This document shows, in pieces, positions 14,995 through 25,389 of a stretch of 64,000 nt of DNA. Source of the DNA: an uncultured virus (IMG/VR IMGVR_UViG_3300042430_001364) (taxonomy: Duplodnaviria > Heunggongvirae > Uroviricota > Caudoviricetes); the IMG/VR virus record IMGVR_UViG_3300042430_001364; one strand, 5' to 3'. The first letter of the stretch is position 1. The number at the start of each line of letters is the position of its first letter. Under the pieces are notes generated by a model that saw only the letters and a list, made by a program, of their open reading frames with translations, was not told where the DNA came from and made no database searches. A program made the position numbers and the translations under genes.

Positions 14995-15955
14995 GTGCAA
15001 AGAATGTAATCAAGATTTTCCAAGCGAAAGAAGTCTTCATACTCATTTGAAGAAGCATAAGATGTCGCTTGCAGACTACTACTGCGCCCATTACCCGAAG
15101 AAAAACCTCTTAACTGGTACAAAGCTAAGCTTCAAGGATAAAGAGTCTTATTTTGAAAAGGATTTCGAGAACAGAGAGCAGTTATTAAAGTGGTGCAACT
15201 TTGAAAAAGCAGAAGTTGTTAAACCGTATATCAAACAACTGCTTGAAAGGCGAGTAGCTAACAAAGAATTAGTTGTTGCGCCTAGTCATATCGAAATTGA
15301 GACAAGCGAACTGCCAAGTATCGACTGTTTCAAGAAGCATTACGGTTCTTACTCGGCGGCTTGTTCTGAGATTGGCATAAAGCCAATGTTCACAAAGAAT
15401 ATCCACAAAGATTTTTACTCTGACTACTCTAACGTTAATATATTCATTGATACAAGAGAGCAGCAGCCATTGCAGTTTCAGAATCAGAGAGAAGTTAAGC
15501 TAGATTTTGGAGACTATACTGCTGGTGGGCAAAATTATTCTAAAACATTTGTTGATAGAAAATCAGAAGGTGATTTTAAGAGCACTTTAGTTGGAGAAAA
15601 CTTTGACAGATTTAAAAGAGAGATCGAGAGATGCAAATCTATGGATTGTTTCTTGTTTATTGTAGTGGAATCTAGTTTTGATCAGATCAAGAACAATAAC
15701 GACTTCACCTCACATAAATCCAACTTAAAATTCGTATATCACAATATGCGTTTGTTGCAACAAGAGTTCCACAAGAACTGTCAATTCGTTTTTTCTGGTA
15801 GCAGAAAAAATAGCGTAGCGTTAATACCTAAACTTCTCGTTTGCGGCCCAAAACTTTGGGAAACAGACATTCAATACTTCATAGAAAAGGATCAATCATG
15901 GCTTGGATCGTTGGCGACCAAAAAAGAAAAAGCATTTACAATAGCAATAAAGTAA
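14981..15955 (+). CDS. C2H2 zinc finger plus ERCC4/XPF-type nuclease domain protein
   Basis: FKCKECNQDF....SL..HLKKH; IDTREQ.P, LDFGDY, VDRKS..DF, F.RE..R, LFIVVE. Confidence 0.8.
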   Translation: MMPFKCKECNQDFPSERSLHTHLKKHKMSLADYYCAHYPKKNLLTGTKLSFKDKESYFEKDFENREQLLKWCNFEKAEVVKPYIKQLLERRVANKELVVAPSHIEIETSELPSIDCFKKHYGSYSAACSEIGIKPMFTKNIHKDFYSDYSNVNIFIDTREQQPLQFQNQREVKLDFGDYTAGGQNYSKTFVDRKSEGDFKSTLVGENFDRFKREIERCKSMDCFLFIVVESSFDQIKNNNDFTSHKSNLKFVYHNMRLLQQEFHKNCQFVFSGSRKNSVALIPKLLVCGPKLWETDIQYFIEKDQSWLGSLATKKEKAFTIAIK

Positions 15956-17769
15956 ACGAAGAGATTTTAAAGAAAGAAGGTTATCTAGAAGAGCGCGAAG
16001 CTAAGATTCTTCTATATAAATTTCTGCGCAGCAACATTTCGTTCGCTTCTGAGATTATTTGTGGTGTAAAACCGTTTCCGTTTCAGCATCTCGCAATTAA
16101 AACGATGTTTGAAACAGATTACTCCATGATGGTATGGAGTCGCGGTCTCTCCAAGAGCTTCACCTGTGCTGTTTTCGCTGCATTAGACGCGATTTTGAAT
16201 CAAGGTGTTCACATTGGCATTGTAAGTAAAACATTTCGTCAAGCAAAGATGATTTTCCGCAAGATTGAGGAAATCGCGGACAAGCCAAATGCTATTTTCT
16301 TAAAGCAAGCTATCACAAAGGTATCTAAGAGTTCGGACGAATGGACAATGGAGTTTGGCCGCAGCAAAATTACCTGCTTACCACTTGGTGACGGTGAAAA
16401 GCTTCGTGGTTTTCGCTTTCACCGTATGATGATTGACGAGTTCTTGTTGATGCCCGAAAGAATCTTTAACGAAGTTATTATTCCGTTCCTTTCTGTTGTG
16501 CAAAATCCAACAGAGAGAAAAGAAGTATATGATTTGGAGACTCAGTTGATCGCTAGAGGAGATATGACTGAAGAAGAGCGTTTTAGATGGCCGAATAATA
16601 AAATTATTGTACTGTCTTCTGCGTCTTATCAGTTTGAGTATATGTATAAGTTGTATAAGCAATATGAATCGCTTATCAAGTTTCCGGAAAAGGATGGAAA
16701 AGGTAATTCGACTAGAGCTATCTTGCATTTCGCTTATGATGTAGCTCCTCATGGTCTTTACGATGAAAGTTTGCTGACTCAAGCCAAGTCAACTATGTCT
16801 GAATCACAGTTCCAAAGAGAATTCGGTTCTAGATTCATGGACGATTCTTCTGGTTACTTTAAACTAAGCAAGATGCACGAATGCACAATCAAGCCGCTTG
16901 AAGGACAGGCTATTGAAGTGGCTGGTCAGAAAGGTTCTGATTATATTTTAAGCTTCGATCCTTCGTGGGCAGAGAATGAATCGTCTGACGACTTTGCCAT
17001 GAACCTTATTAAGCTCGATGTTCCTAATCGCAAAGGAATTCTCGTTCATAATTACGCTGTATCAGGAACTAATCTTAAAAAGCACATCGACTATTTAGCT
17101 TACTTGATGAATAACTTCAACATCGTTGGAATGTGCGGAGACTATAACGGCGGCGTGCAGTTTATTAATGCCGCAAACGAAAGCGAAGTATTTAAAAACG
17201 CTAAAATCGAAATTAAAATGTTTGAAGCTGATTTTGATTCGCCTGAAAAGTATCAAGACGAAATTCGTAGAGCAAGAAGAGCGTATAATTTAAAAGACAC
17301 TCGCATTTGTTACCTTAGAGTTCCAACAAGCTCTTGGATTCGCTACGCTAACGAGTTATTGCAATCTAACTTCGATCATAGAAAGATGTTGTTCGCCGCA
17401 GAAGCTGTTGATAACGATTTCACAGCTCAAAAGAACAAGACCATTCCAATTAAAACGATTAAATTCTTCCGTGATCAAGAAGATAATCAAACGAACGATG
17501 CAAAGATGGTCGATTTCGTTGATCATCAATCTGATTTGATCGAATTGGTTAAAGCGCAATGTTCCTTAATCATTCCAACAACAACAGCTAATGGACATCA
17601 GAGTTTTGACTTGCCGCCAGAACTAAAAAGACAAAGTGGAGCAGAAAAAACCCGTAAAGACTCATACTCTTGCTTAGTATTAGGCAACTGGATGATGAAA
17701 ATCTATTTTGATATGATGGATTGTCCAGAACAACAGCCGCAAACTTTTACTCCGTTCTTCGTGAGGTAA
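15898..17769 (+). CDS. terL: Terminase large subunit (likely start MAWIVG)
   Basis: PFQ, Walker A-like SRGLSKS, LRGFRF, Walker B MMIDE, LSSA, FQREF, RNase H-like SFDPS and KDSYS; directly upstream of the portal. Confidence 0.88.
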   Translation: MAWIVGDQKRKSIYNSNKVNEEILKKEGYLEEREAKILLYKFLRSNISFASEIICGVKPFPFQHLAIKTMFETDYSMMVWSRGLSKSFTCAVFAALDAILNQGVHIGIVSKTFRQAKMIFRKIEEIADKPNAIFLKQAITKVSKSSDEWTMEFGRSKITCLPLGDGEKLRGFRFHRMMIDEFLLMPERIFNEVIIPFLSVVQNPTERKEVYDLETQLIARGDMTEEERFRWPNNKIIVLSSASYQFEYMYKLYKQYESLIKFPEKDGKGNSTRAILHFAYDVAPHGLYDESLLTQAKSTMSESQFQREFGSRFMDDSSGYFKLSKMHECTIKPLEGQAIEVAGQKGSDYILSFDPSWAENESSDDFAMNLIKLDVPNRKGILVHNYAVSGTNLKKHIDYLAYLMNNFNIVGMCGDYNGGVQFINAANESEVFKNAKIEIKMFEADFDSPEKYQDEIRRARRAYNLKDTRICYLRVPTSSWIRYANELLQSNFDHRKMLFAAEAVDNDFTAQKNKTIPIKTIKFFRDQEDNQTNDAKMVDFVDHQSDLIELVKAQCSLIIPTTTANGHQSFDLPPELKRQSGAEKTRKDSYSCLVLGNWMMKIYFDMMDCPEQQPQTFTPFFVR

Positions 17770-17827
17770 AACGAAAGTCATAAAAGTACTTTTGATACTT
17801 TTAGTGTAACTTTTAATATATAATCAT

Positions 17828-19819
17828 ATGTCGCGTTCATATAACAAGAAGTCGGACTATTGGAGCAAGTTCAACAAGCCAGAAAGCAGCTCGCTTCCTG
17901 TTCATAACAACTACGAACCAAAGCTTTTAGGAGAATCTTACTTCACAGAAGTTGCCAAAGCTTCTTATAGCCGTCCAGTTCAAGGAGCTACAGACACAGC
18001 ACAGAGCACAAAGATTCCAAGAAACGGAACTGACCACAACATTCGCCGCTATGCTCTTTTGAGTCAAGGAATGCTTCCTTATCAGTTCTCTAAAGACGGT
18101 GTTGACATTCGTGATGCTATTTTGCTTTGCCAAAAGGCTTACGCAAACGTCGCTTTAGTTAGAAACACAATCGACATTGCCACAGAGTTCGCTAATACAG
18201 AGATTTATCTTGAAGGCGGCACTGCGCGTAGTAGAGAATTCTTTACTAAGTGGTTTGAGAAGATCAAACTATGGAAATTGAAAGACCAATACTTCCGCGA
18301 ATACTATCGCAGCGGAAACATCTTCTATTACCGTATCGACGGAAAATTTAAAGCAGAAGATTTTAAACTTTTGTCTGGTTTAAGCGAAAACGGAGTCGTC
18401 AATAACAAGATTCCTCTTCGCTACATCTTAATTAATCCTTACGAAATCGTTGCTAAAGTTTCCGCTTCATTTTCAGAAGCGATTTACGAAAAACTTCTTT
18501 CTGAATACGAGTTAGAAAGACTCAGAAATCCAAAAGACGACGCAGATAGAGAATTGTTTAAAGCTCTTCCTGCTGATATGCAGAAGAAGGTTAAAGATAA
18601 GGCTTATTTTAGAGATGGATTAAAGATTAAACTTGATCCATCATTTTTGCTATACTCTTTCTATAAGAAACAAGACTACGAGCCATTTGCAATTCCGTTT
18701 ACCTTTCCGATCATGGAAGATGTTAATGCGAAACTGGAATTAAAGCATATTGACCAAGCTATTTCTCGCACAGTAGAGAATGTATTGTTGCTTATCACTA
18801 TGGGCGCGCCTCCTGACGAGGGCGGCATCAATCCAGCAAATATGGCGGCAATGCAATCGTTGTTTATGAACGAAAGCGTTGGCAGAGTTCTCGTTTCTGA
18901 CCATACAACAAAAGCTGAATTCATTATTCCTGACTTAAAGAAGGTTGTTGGCGAAGAAAAATACAAGATTCTTAATCAAGATATTAAAGAAGGCTTAATG
19001 AACGTTCTTGTTGGCGACGACAAGTACAACGGTCAGACCGCGAAGATTGGCTTCTTCATGGAGCGCCTTAAAGAATCGCGCAACTGTTTCTTGAACGACA
19101 TTCTTCAACCAGAAATCATTCGCATCTCAAAAGATTTAGGATTTAAAGCTTATCCTACTGCTAAATTTAAACAAATTGATCTTAAAGACGAGATTCAATA
19201 TATGCGCACAGTTAGCCGTTTGATGGAGCTGTCGATTATCACTCCAGAACAAGGTATTGAAGCTATGGCTAACGGCAAATTGCCTTCTTCGGAAGAATTA
19301 AGTCCAGCTCAAGACAAACTCGTAGAAGAAAGAAAGAAAGGATACTACAATCCTCTTGTTGGCGGCGTTCCAATGACTGAAGATCCAAACGCACCAGAGC
19401 CAGCTGCTCCTGTTGCCGCTGGAAAGCCAGTTAATAAACTTTCTAGAACTCCAACGGCGAAACCAAAGAACTCTATACCTGGCAGACCGCTAGGAACAAA
19501 GTCAAAAGCTTCTACTTCTGATATTCAATCTACTGTTTATGCAGTTGACGCTTTCATGAAAGCTTCTGAGACGTTCACTGCTGAAAAGTTTGGCGTATCT
19601 AAGCTTAACGATCAGCAAAAATCGAGCGTAATCGAGCTATGTAAGAAAGTTGTTGCTGCTTCTAGCAAAGAAGAATGGACAACTAGACTACAAGCTTGTG
19701 TACAAGATTTAGGCAATATCGAAAAGCTTCAACCAATGAAAGAAATCACTGATACTGCTGATGAATTTCTATTGGACGAATATTCTGCGGCTATTTTGTA
19801 TCATTCTGCTGTAAAGTAA
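17828..19819 (+). CDS. Portal protein
   Basis: 663 aa between terminase and protease; LVRNTIDIATEF and FREYYRSGNIFYY portal-like segments. Confidence 0.75.
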   Translation: MSRSYNKKSDYWSKFNKPESSSLPVHNNYEPKLLGESYFTEVAKASYSRPVQGATDTAQSTKIPRNGTDHNIRRYALLSQGMLPYQFSKDGVDIRDAILLCQKAYANVALVRNTIDIATEFANTEIYLEGGTARSREFFTKWFEKIKLWKLKDQYFREYYRSGNIFYYRIDGKFKAEDFKLLSGLSENGVVNNKIPLRYILINPYEIVAKVSASFSEAIYEKLLSEYELERLRNPKDDADRELFKALPADMQKKVKDKAYFRDGLKIKLDPSFLLYSFYKKQDYEPFAIPFTFPIMEDVNAKLELKHIDQAISRTVENVLLLITMGAPPDEGGINPANMAAMQSLFMNESVGRVLVSDHTTKAEFIIPDLKKVVGEEKYKILNQDIKEGLMNVLVGDDKYNGQTAKIGFFMERLKESRNCFLNDILQPEIIRISKDLGFKAYPTAKFKQIDLKDEIQYMRTVSRLMELSIITPEQGIEAMANGKLPSSEELSPAQDKLVEERKKGYYNPLVGGVPMTEDPNAPEPAAPVAAGKPVNKLSRTPTAKPKNSIPGRPLGTKSKASTSDIQSTVYAVDAFMKASETFTAEKFGVSKLNDQQKSSVIELCKKVVAASSKEEWTTRLQACVQDLGNIEKLQPMKEITDTADEFLLDEYSAAILYHSAVK

Positions 19820-19822
19820 TTC

Positions 19823-21436
19823 ATGGCGTTTAAGTATAAGACGAAATTAGATAACATTTCTGTCGCTTGTCACAAAGTGGGCAGCAAAGATTTTCAAATT
19901 TCCAAAGCTTCTCTTGATGAGCTGAAAAAGCTCTCTCCAAATATTAACTTTGAAGATAATCCTGATTTATTAGGAGTGTCTTTTAACTTAGCTGTGCCAA
20001 ATATGGTAAACCATAATGGCGACGGTATTTCAGGAGCTACTGCTGCTAAAATCGCTAAAAGATTTGTTAACAAGTATCTAAATATCGAGCATAACAAGAA
20101 ACGTGTTATCGGTCATATCACTAACTACGGATTTAATAGATTAAGCGACAATGTCTCCATGACAGAAGAAGAAGCGAGCAAAACATTAGATCCATTTTAT
20201 TTATCAGTTGCAGGAGTTGTTTATAAAACAGTAGATTCGTCTTTTACTTCTTTGATGATTCGCAATTCTGATCCTGCTGATTCGTTCAGAAACTCAATTT
20301 CGGCAAGTTGGGAAATTGGTTTTAGCAGTTATTATTTAGCTGTTGGAAGCGACAATTTAAAAGAAGCGGACATCATTACTGATCCAGAAACTGTTGCAGA
20401 ATACTCAAAATTTTTAAAAAGTAGAGGCGGCAACGGAAGAATGCAAGATGGCACAGCGATTAACAGAGTTATCGTTGGAGAAATCTATCCGCTAGGAGGA
20501 GGATTCACTACAAATCCAGCTGCGCAAGTTAATGGCGTAGTGGCATTTGATTCTAAGGTTTCAGTTTCTCTCCGAGACTCCGAAGATGAAGCTTCAGAGG
20601 AGGAGCCGCAAGATTTAGAGATGCAAGATTCATCAAAAGATTACCGTCACGAGGTGATGGCGTTTTTAATGAATAAAAAATCAAATTCCATTTTAGAGAT
20701 AAAAAATGTAAAAAATATAAACCATATGGACTTAGAAAAACTTATCGCAGAACTCAAGGGTGCTCTTCTTGAGAAAAAGTTCGGTGAAGAAGCTGTTGCT
20801 TCAATGACCAGCCAATTCACAGAAGCTATCAAACAAAAAGACACAGAATACCGCGATTCAATCGCTGCCGAAAAAAATGCTAAAGAACAAGCTCAGAAGC
20901 TTTACAACGAAACTGTTGCTTCTGTTGAACAAATGAAAGCTTCTTTGGCCGCAACTCAAGAAGAGTTGAATAAAATTAAAGAACAGAAAACTCAAGAAGA
21001 AGCCGTTGCTCGCCTCAATGCTCGCGTTAGCGAACTTGATGCTGCTTACGAACTCTCTGACGAAGACCGCAAGGTTATCATTGGCGAAGTTCAAACTCTT
21101 GATTCTGTTGAAGAAGCTTTCGCTTCTTACAAAGAAAAATTTGGTGTTGTATGGAAACACAAGAGCAAGGACTTCATCAAGGCGCAAGCCGCTGAAATCG
21201 AAAAGAAGATTTCAGAACAAGTTGAAGCTCGCCTCAAAGAAGTTAGCAAAGCTTCTGTTGCTACCGTTGTTGAAACAAAGGTAGAAGACAAGAAACCTGA
21301 CATTACAGCTGCTCTCGAAAGCGCTGTTGCTACAAACACCGCGCCAGATAGTCAAACATCTGTCGAAATCAACTTCCGCGATAAGTTTGCACAAGCTTTT
21401 TCGCGTGAAAACATTAGCGTAAGCTATTCTAAATAA
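19823..21436 (+). CDS. Prohead protease fused to a coiled-coil scaffold
   Basis: N.NGD, LNIEH..K.VIGHI, SASWEI, NPA catalytic-type motifs; Glu/Ala/Lys-rich coiled-coil C-terminal half. Confidence 0.75.
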   Translation: MAFKYKTKLDNISVACHKVGSKDFQISKASLDELKKLSPNINFEDNPDLLGVSFNLAVPNMVNHNGDGISGATAAKIAKRFVNKYLNIEHNKKRVIGHITNYGFNRLSDNVSMTEEEASKTLDPFYLSVAGVVYKTVDSSFTSLMIRNSDPADSFRNSISASWEIGFSSYYLAVGSDNLKEADIITDPETVAEYSKFLKSRGGNGRMQDGTAINRVIVGEIYPLGGGFTTNPAAQVNGVVAFDSKVSVSLRDSEDEASEEEPQDLEMQDSSKDYRHEVMAFLMNKKSNSILEIKNVKNINHMDLEKLIAELKGALLEKKFGEEAVASMTSQFTEAIKQKDTEYRDSIAAEKNAKEQAQKLYNETVASVEQMKASLAATQEELNKIKEQKTQEEAVARLNARVSELDAAYELSDEDRKVIIGEVQTLDSVEEAFASYKEKFGVVWKHKSKDFIKAQAAEIEKKISEQVEARLKEVSKASVATVVETKVEDKKPDITAALESAVATNTAPDSQTSVEINFRDKFAQAFSRENISVSYSK

Positions 21437-21471
21437 TAACAATCAAGTAAATATATAATAAGGAAAACAAT

Positions 21472-22092
21472 ATGGCTATTCGTCTCTTACCATTCCGTCA
21501 ACTCAATGAGTTTGACGTGGTCAATATGTACGCCCTTGTTGACGCTGCCGTTAACGAGAGCACAACAGGCGTTGGCAGCGGTGACGCAGGTGTTTTCGTT
21601 AAAGTTTCCGCAGGTAACTTTGACTTAGATCCTGTTTCATACGCTTCCGACTCATACCTCGGCAAAACCGATTATCCGCATATCGGTGCTGCCCAATATC
21701 CAAAGGTTAACCTCAAGGTTACACCTGCCGCCTCTGGCGACCTCACAAACTGCCTCGGCATCACTCTCCGTCAAACTGCTAAAACAGATGAAAACGGCGA
21801 AAAACTTCTCTACTACCGCCAAAAAGCGGAAGAGCTGATGTGTGTTCTGCCTGGTCAAGCTGTTCCAGTTGCTACTCGTGGTATCTTCTCGCTTGGCGCT
21901 GGCGCTATCGACGGTACCCTCACAGTTGGCTCTGGCTTCAAACTTTCCGCCAATGGTGGTAAAGTTACAGGCTGCGCTCACAGTGACGCTGGCAAACTCG
22001 GCCTTGTTCTTGGAACAGGCTCACGCACAACTCTTAACGGTGTTGCTGATCAATTCAACGGCGGTTTCGCTGTTGTAGGTCTGCGTATGTAA
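21472..22092 (+). CDS. Head decoration/cement protein
   Basis: Gly/Ala-rich, located between scaffold and capsid genes. Confidence 0.6.
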   Translation: MAIRLLPFRQLNEFDVVNMYALVDAAVNESTTGVGSGDAGVFVKVSAGNFDLDPVSYASDSYLGKTDYPHIGAAQYPKVNLKVTPAASGDLTNCLGITLRQTAKTDENGEKLLYYRQKAEELMCVLPGQAVPVATRGIFSLGAGAIDGTLTVGSGFKLSANGGKVTGCAHSDAGKLGLVLGTGSRTTLNGVADQFNGGFAVVGLRM

Positions 22093-22126
22093 TTGAACAA
22101 TAAAATATAAAAGGAAAAAATTTATA

Positions 22127-23266
22127 ATGAAAATCACATTAAAGCGCACACCAGAACAGATTGAGCTTATCAAAGCTATGGCTAGCCGCAACCGCACCAT
22201 CGCTTACGATGCGCAAGTTGCTCTCGCCTCTTTCATCGGACCTGTACTTGCAGAAGTTATCAACAACGCTCCTACACTGAGCAACTTGTTCACAACTCTG
22301 CCATTCAATGCCGACGACAATCCCAGCATTCCGCTCGACCTCTACTTCGACATCAATGACGAAGACTATATCACAGTATATTCTCAGTCAGTCGCTGGTG
22401 GTCTTCCAACCAATCAAGTTCTCCCAACCACATCCGAATTGAAAGTCGCTACTTACAGCCTCGACAGCGCTCTGTCGTTTGATCGTAAGTACGCTGCCAA
22501 ACATCGTATGGACGTTGTAGCGAAAACCTTCACCCGCATGGCCCAAGAAGTTCTCTTGAAACAAGAACGCACTTCCGCCTCGCTGGTAATGGCCGCTCTC
22601 GCAGCCGCCACCACAAACAGCAAGCAGCACGTTCAAAAAGCTAACCAAGCTGGTCGTTTCCTCTTGGCTGACTTGAACGAACTGCTCACCCTCGCAAAGC
22701 GTATCTCCACATCGTGGGCTAACGGTACTCCTGCTGGTGGCGCTCGCGCTGGTTTGACCGACATTCTGGTTTCCCCAGAAATCGTTGAGCAAATTCGTGC
22801 AATGGCTTATAACCCAATCAACACCGTTTCTGGTATCACCGCTGCTGGCGGCACAGCTTCTTCAGTTGGCATTCCTGCCACTGACGAAATGCGCTCCGCT
22901 ATCTACGGTGCAGCTGGCATTCCAAGCTTCTACGGCGTTTCGATCTTGGAATTCGTTGAAATGGGCAAAGGCCAAAAGTTCAACACCATTTTCGACACCG
23001 CTGCTGACGCCACCACCTTCACAAAGGCTGATGGTACAAGCTCTGGTGACTTCACTGGTTCCACACAAGAAATCATCGTTGGTATTGACCGCAGCCGCGA
23101 GTCACTCCTTCGTGTTGTCGCTACCGATCCAGATTCCAACTCGGAATTCACGCTCGTTGCCGACGACCAATTCAGCATCCGCCAAAATAAGATCGGTTAT
23201 TTCGGCTCGATGGAAGAAGGCCGCATGATTCTCGACAATCGTGCGCTTGTTGGCAAGATCGTCTAA
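22127..23266 (+). CDS. Major capsid protein
   Basis: 379 aa, strongly biased codon use, position in the head module, followed by a strong terminator. Confidence 0.8.
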   Translation: MKITLKRTPEQIELIKAMASRNRTIAYDAQVALASFIGPVLAEVINNAPTLSNLFTTLPFNADDNPSIPLDLYFDINDEDYITVYSQSVAGGLPTNQVLPTTSELKVATYSLDSALSFDRKYAAKHRMDVVAKTFTRMAQEVLLKQERTSASLVMAALAAATTNSKQHVQKANQAGRFLLADLNELLTLAKRISTSWANGTPAGGARAGLTDILVSPEIVEQIRAMAYNPINTVSGITAAGGTASSVGIPATDEMRSAIYGAAGIPSFYGVSILEFVEMGKGQKFNTIFDTAADATTFTKADGTSSGDFTGSTQEIIVGIDRSRESLLRVVATDPDSNSEFTLVADDQFSIRQNKIGYFGSMEEGRMILDNRALVGKIV

Positions 23267-23284
23267 TAGAATAGTTCTTACGAA

Positions 23285-23311
23285 GCCCGCCTCGAAAGAG
23301 GCGGGTTTTTT
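23285..23311 (+). terminator. Intrinsic terminator after the capsid gene
   Basis: GCCCGCCTC-GAAA-GAGGCGGGT followed by a T-tract. Confidence 0.92.
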
Positions 23312-23357
23312 ATTCTCTATACTCTAGAAAAGTGTAAACTGTAAGGTATCATCTAGT

Positions 23358-23753
23358 ATGGAAACATCAACTGGACAGTCTAAAGTTAAAGAAAATCCGA
23401 GTCTTATGAGTGCTTTAAACAGCATTCAAGATAAGAACTCTAAGGAGTATCGTGATAAAGTTCGTGAACTAGAAACCGCTTTAGGCGTTAAAGAAGTAAA
23501 TATTTTTGGCACAGCAAATCGCTCTATCTTTGAAGAAAATTTAGATGAGATGAACGAGATGCAAATGCAAGCGTTGGCGCGTCGTCTTTACATTGATCAA
23601 TCTGGCAGCAAGCCTATGTTAAAGAAGCGTTTGATGAGGCAGTTTGACACTCAGAACGTTCAGAGTCGTGGTTATTTTTCTCCTCAACCAAAACAAAAAG
23701 AGCTATTTTCTGAAAAACAGAAGATTGCTATGAACAAAATCTTAAATGGCTAA
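23358..23753 (+). CDS. Hypothetical protein with SAP/Rho-N-like helix-extension-helix segment
   Basis: LDEMNEMQMQALARRLYI..SGSKPMLKKRL. Confidence 0.6.
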   Translation: METSTGQSKVKENPSLMSALNSIQDKNSKEYRDKVRELETALGVKEVNIFGTANRSIFEENLDEMNEMQMQALARRLYIDQSGSKPMLKKRLMRQFDTQNVQSRGYFSPQPKQKELFSEKQKIAMNKILNG

Positions 23754-24234
23754 TATCGAACAAGTAGCAAGCGGTATATTCTTCTACGAATTTGACGCTG
23801 ATGTAGCAGAAGCTAATATCAGTGTCATTTCTGGTTGGATTACCGCAAACTTAGGCGAAATCAACAACTTGATTTTTACTAATTTCACAGGCGAAGATGC
23901 TAGTCTTGGAAAAGAAGAACAAGATATTCTCAAGCATCTTTATATGGCGAGCTACTACAAAAAGAAGTCGAGAAACGTCATCAAATCTATTGGTTCTTCC
24001 TCTGGAAACGGAATCTTGTCTTTAAAAGACGAAGACAATACAATTGTGTTTGTTAATACAAACGAAGTGAGCAAACAGTTTCATTCTTTATCGAAAAGTC
24101 ATATGGAAGAAGTTAACAAACTTGTTTATGCTTATAATTATTATCAAGCAAGACCAACTCAAGTTGTAAACAAGAGTATGTTTAATGATGTTATGGGTTT
24201 GGTTGCTACTGGTACAGGTTTCATCATCTACTAA
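23746..24234 (+). CDS. Putative head-tail adaptor
   Basis: Size and position after the capsid gene. Confidence 0.5.
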   Translation: MANIEQVASGIFFYEFDADVAEANISVISGWITANLGEINNLIFTNFTGEDASLGKEEQDILKHLYMASYYKKKSRNVIKSIGSSSGNGILSLKDEDNTIVFVNTNEVSKQFHSLSKSHMEEVNKLVYAYNYYQARPTQVVNKSMFNDVMGLVATGTGFIIY

Positions 24235-24256
24235 AGTCTAGTTTTAATTAAAATTC

Positions 24257-24285
24257 AAAAGCGCACCCTTAAAAGTGCGCTTTTT
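24257..24285 (+). terminator. Probable intrinsic terminator
   Basis: AAAAGCGCAC-8 nt-GTGCGCTTTTT. Confidence 0.7.
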
Positions 24286-24313
24286 GTGTAAATTTAAATG
24301 AACGCTTCTAACA

Positions 24314-24655
24314 ATGTCTGCTTCTACTTACAACATTTCCATAGAAACAAATACAGATTATTCTGTTAGTCTTATACTTAAAGATGCTGGAGGCGTAGCA
24401 ATCAATCTTACTTCTGCAACAATTGATGCAGAAATAAAACAGAATTATTATTCGCCAACACTTGTTGCTTTTACAGTAACGAAAACAAATCCTAGTATTG
24501 GATCAATCAAACTTGCTTTAACTGCTGCGCAAACTGCGGCATTACATCCGGGCGATTTGCAGTATGATGTTTTAGTAAAATTTGATAATGGTACATTTCA
24601 AAAAATATTAAAAGGAGTTATTTCGGTAACATCAGGCATAACATCACTCTCATAA
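24314..24655 (+). CDS. Small Ig-like/BppU-like virion protein
   Basis: YNISI....DYS...LKD..G.AINLT...I.AEIK...G.IKLALTAAQT......YDV...ILKG. Confidence 0.65.
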   Translation: MSASTYNISIETNTDYSVSLILKDAGGVAINLTSATIDAEIKQNYYSPTLVAFTVTKTNPSIGSIKLALTAAQTAALHPGDLQYDVLVKFDNGTFQKILKGVISVTSGITSLS

Positions 24656-24656
24656 A

Positions 24657-25346
24657 ATGCCCGAAGTAGTTGAAATTATTATATCTGGTAATGATGATGG
24701 GCCGATTCAAATTATTGAAGCGGATCAGTTCAATCATAACTCGCTTCCTGACTTACAAGGAGGAACTGGTGGTCAATATTATCACTTAACAAGTGGTCAA
24801 TACAATTTCGTTACTGGTATTTTCGCAGATCAGATTGATCCTACTCACGACGTATTCTTTGAAAAGAATGTCTCTGTCTCAGGCACACTTCTTCTTGGTA
24901 GTGGAACAGACAATACTTTAAGTGGTATTCGTACAGCTGCTGATGGCAGTTTTTCTCAAGCTGGTGATGCTCAATATTCCGAATTTATTTTAAAAAGAGA
25001 AACAACAACAACTGGAACTTATGAGTTGGCGTTTCCAAATCAAATCAAGAAGTTAACTTTGCCTAATAACACTTCATGGTTCTTTAAAGTGAGAGTTATT
25101 GGAAGATCAACTGCTGGTTTAACATCAACGTTTAACGCAGAAGGCACAATTAAGAAAGGTATAAGCGCAGGATTCACAGAAATTGTTGGAGGAACAATTG
25201 TGAACGGAATAACTGATGAGTTGGCAGTTGGCGGAATCTTAATCGACGCTGACACAACTTATGGTTACTTGAAGATCAGCGCTTTAGGTTTGGCGGCGAC
25301 TACAATTCACTGGGTTGCATTTCTAGATTTAATACAAGTAAAATAA
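24657..25346 (+). CDS. Virion structural protein
   Basis: C-terminal domain similar to that of 25390-27420 (LKISALG.AATTIHW vs LKLQVKG.AAATIKW). Confidence 0.65.
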   Translation: MPEVVEIIISGNDDGPIQIIEADQFNHNSLPDLQGGTGGQYYHLTSGQYNFVTGIFADQIDPTHDVFFEKNVSVSGTLLLGSGTDNTLSGIRTAADGSFSQAGDAQYSEFILKRETTTTGTYELAFPNQIKKLTLPNNTSWFFKVRVIGRSTAGLTSTFNAEGTIKKGISAGFTEIVGGTIVNGITDELAVGGILIDADTTYGYLKISALGLAATTIHWVAFLDLIQVK

Positions 25347-25389
25347 CAACAAAATCGTGTAAATAATTTAATAACGGAGAATTTAAAAA

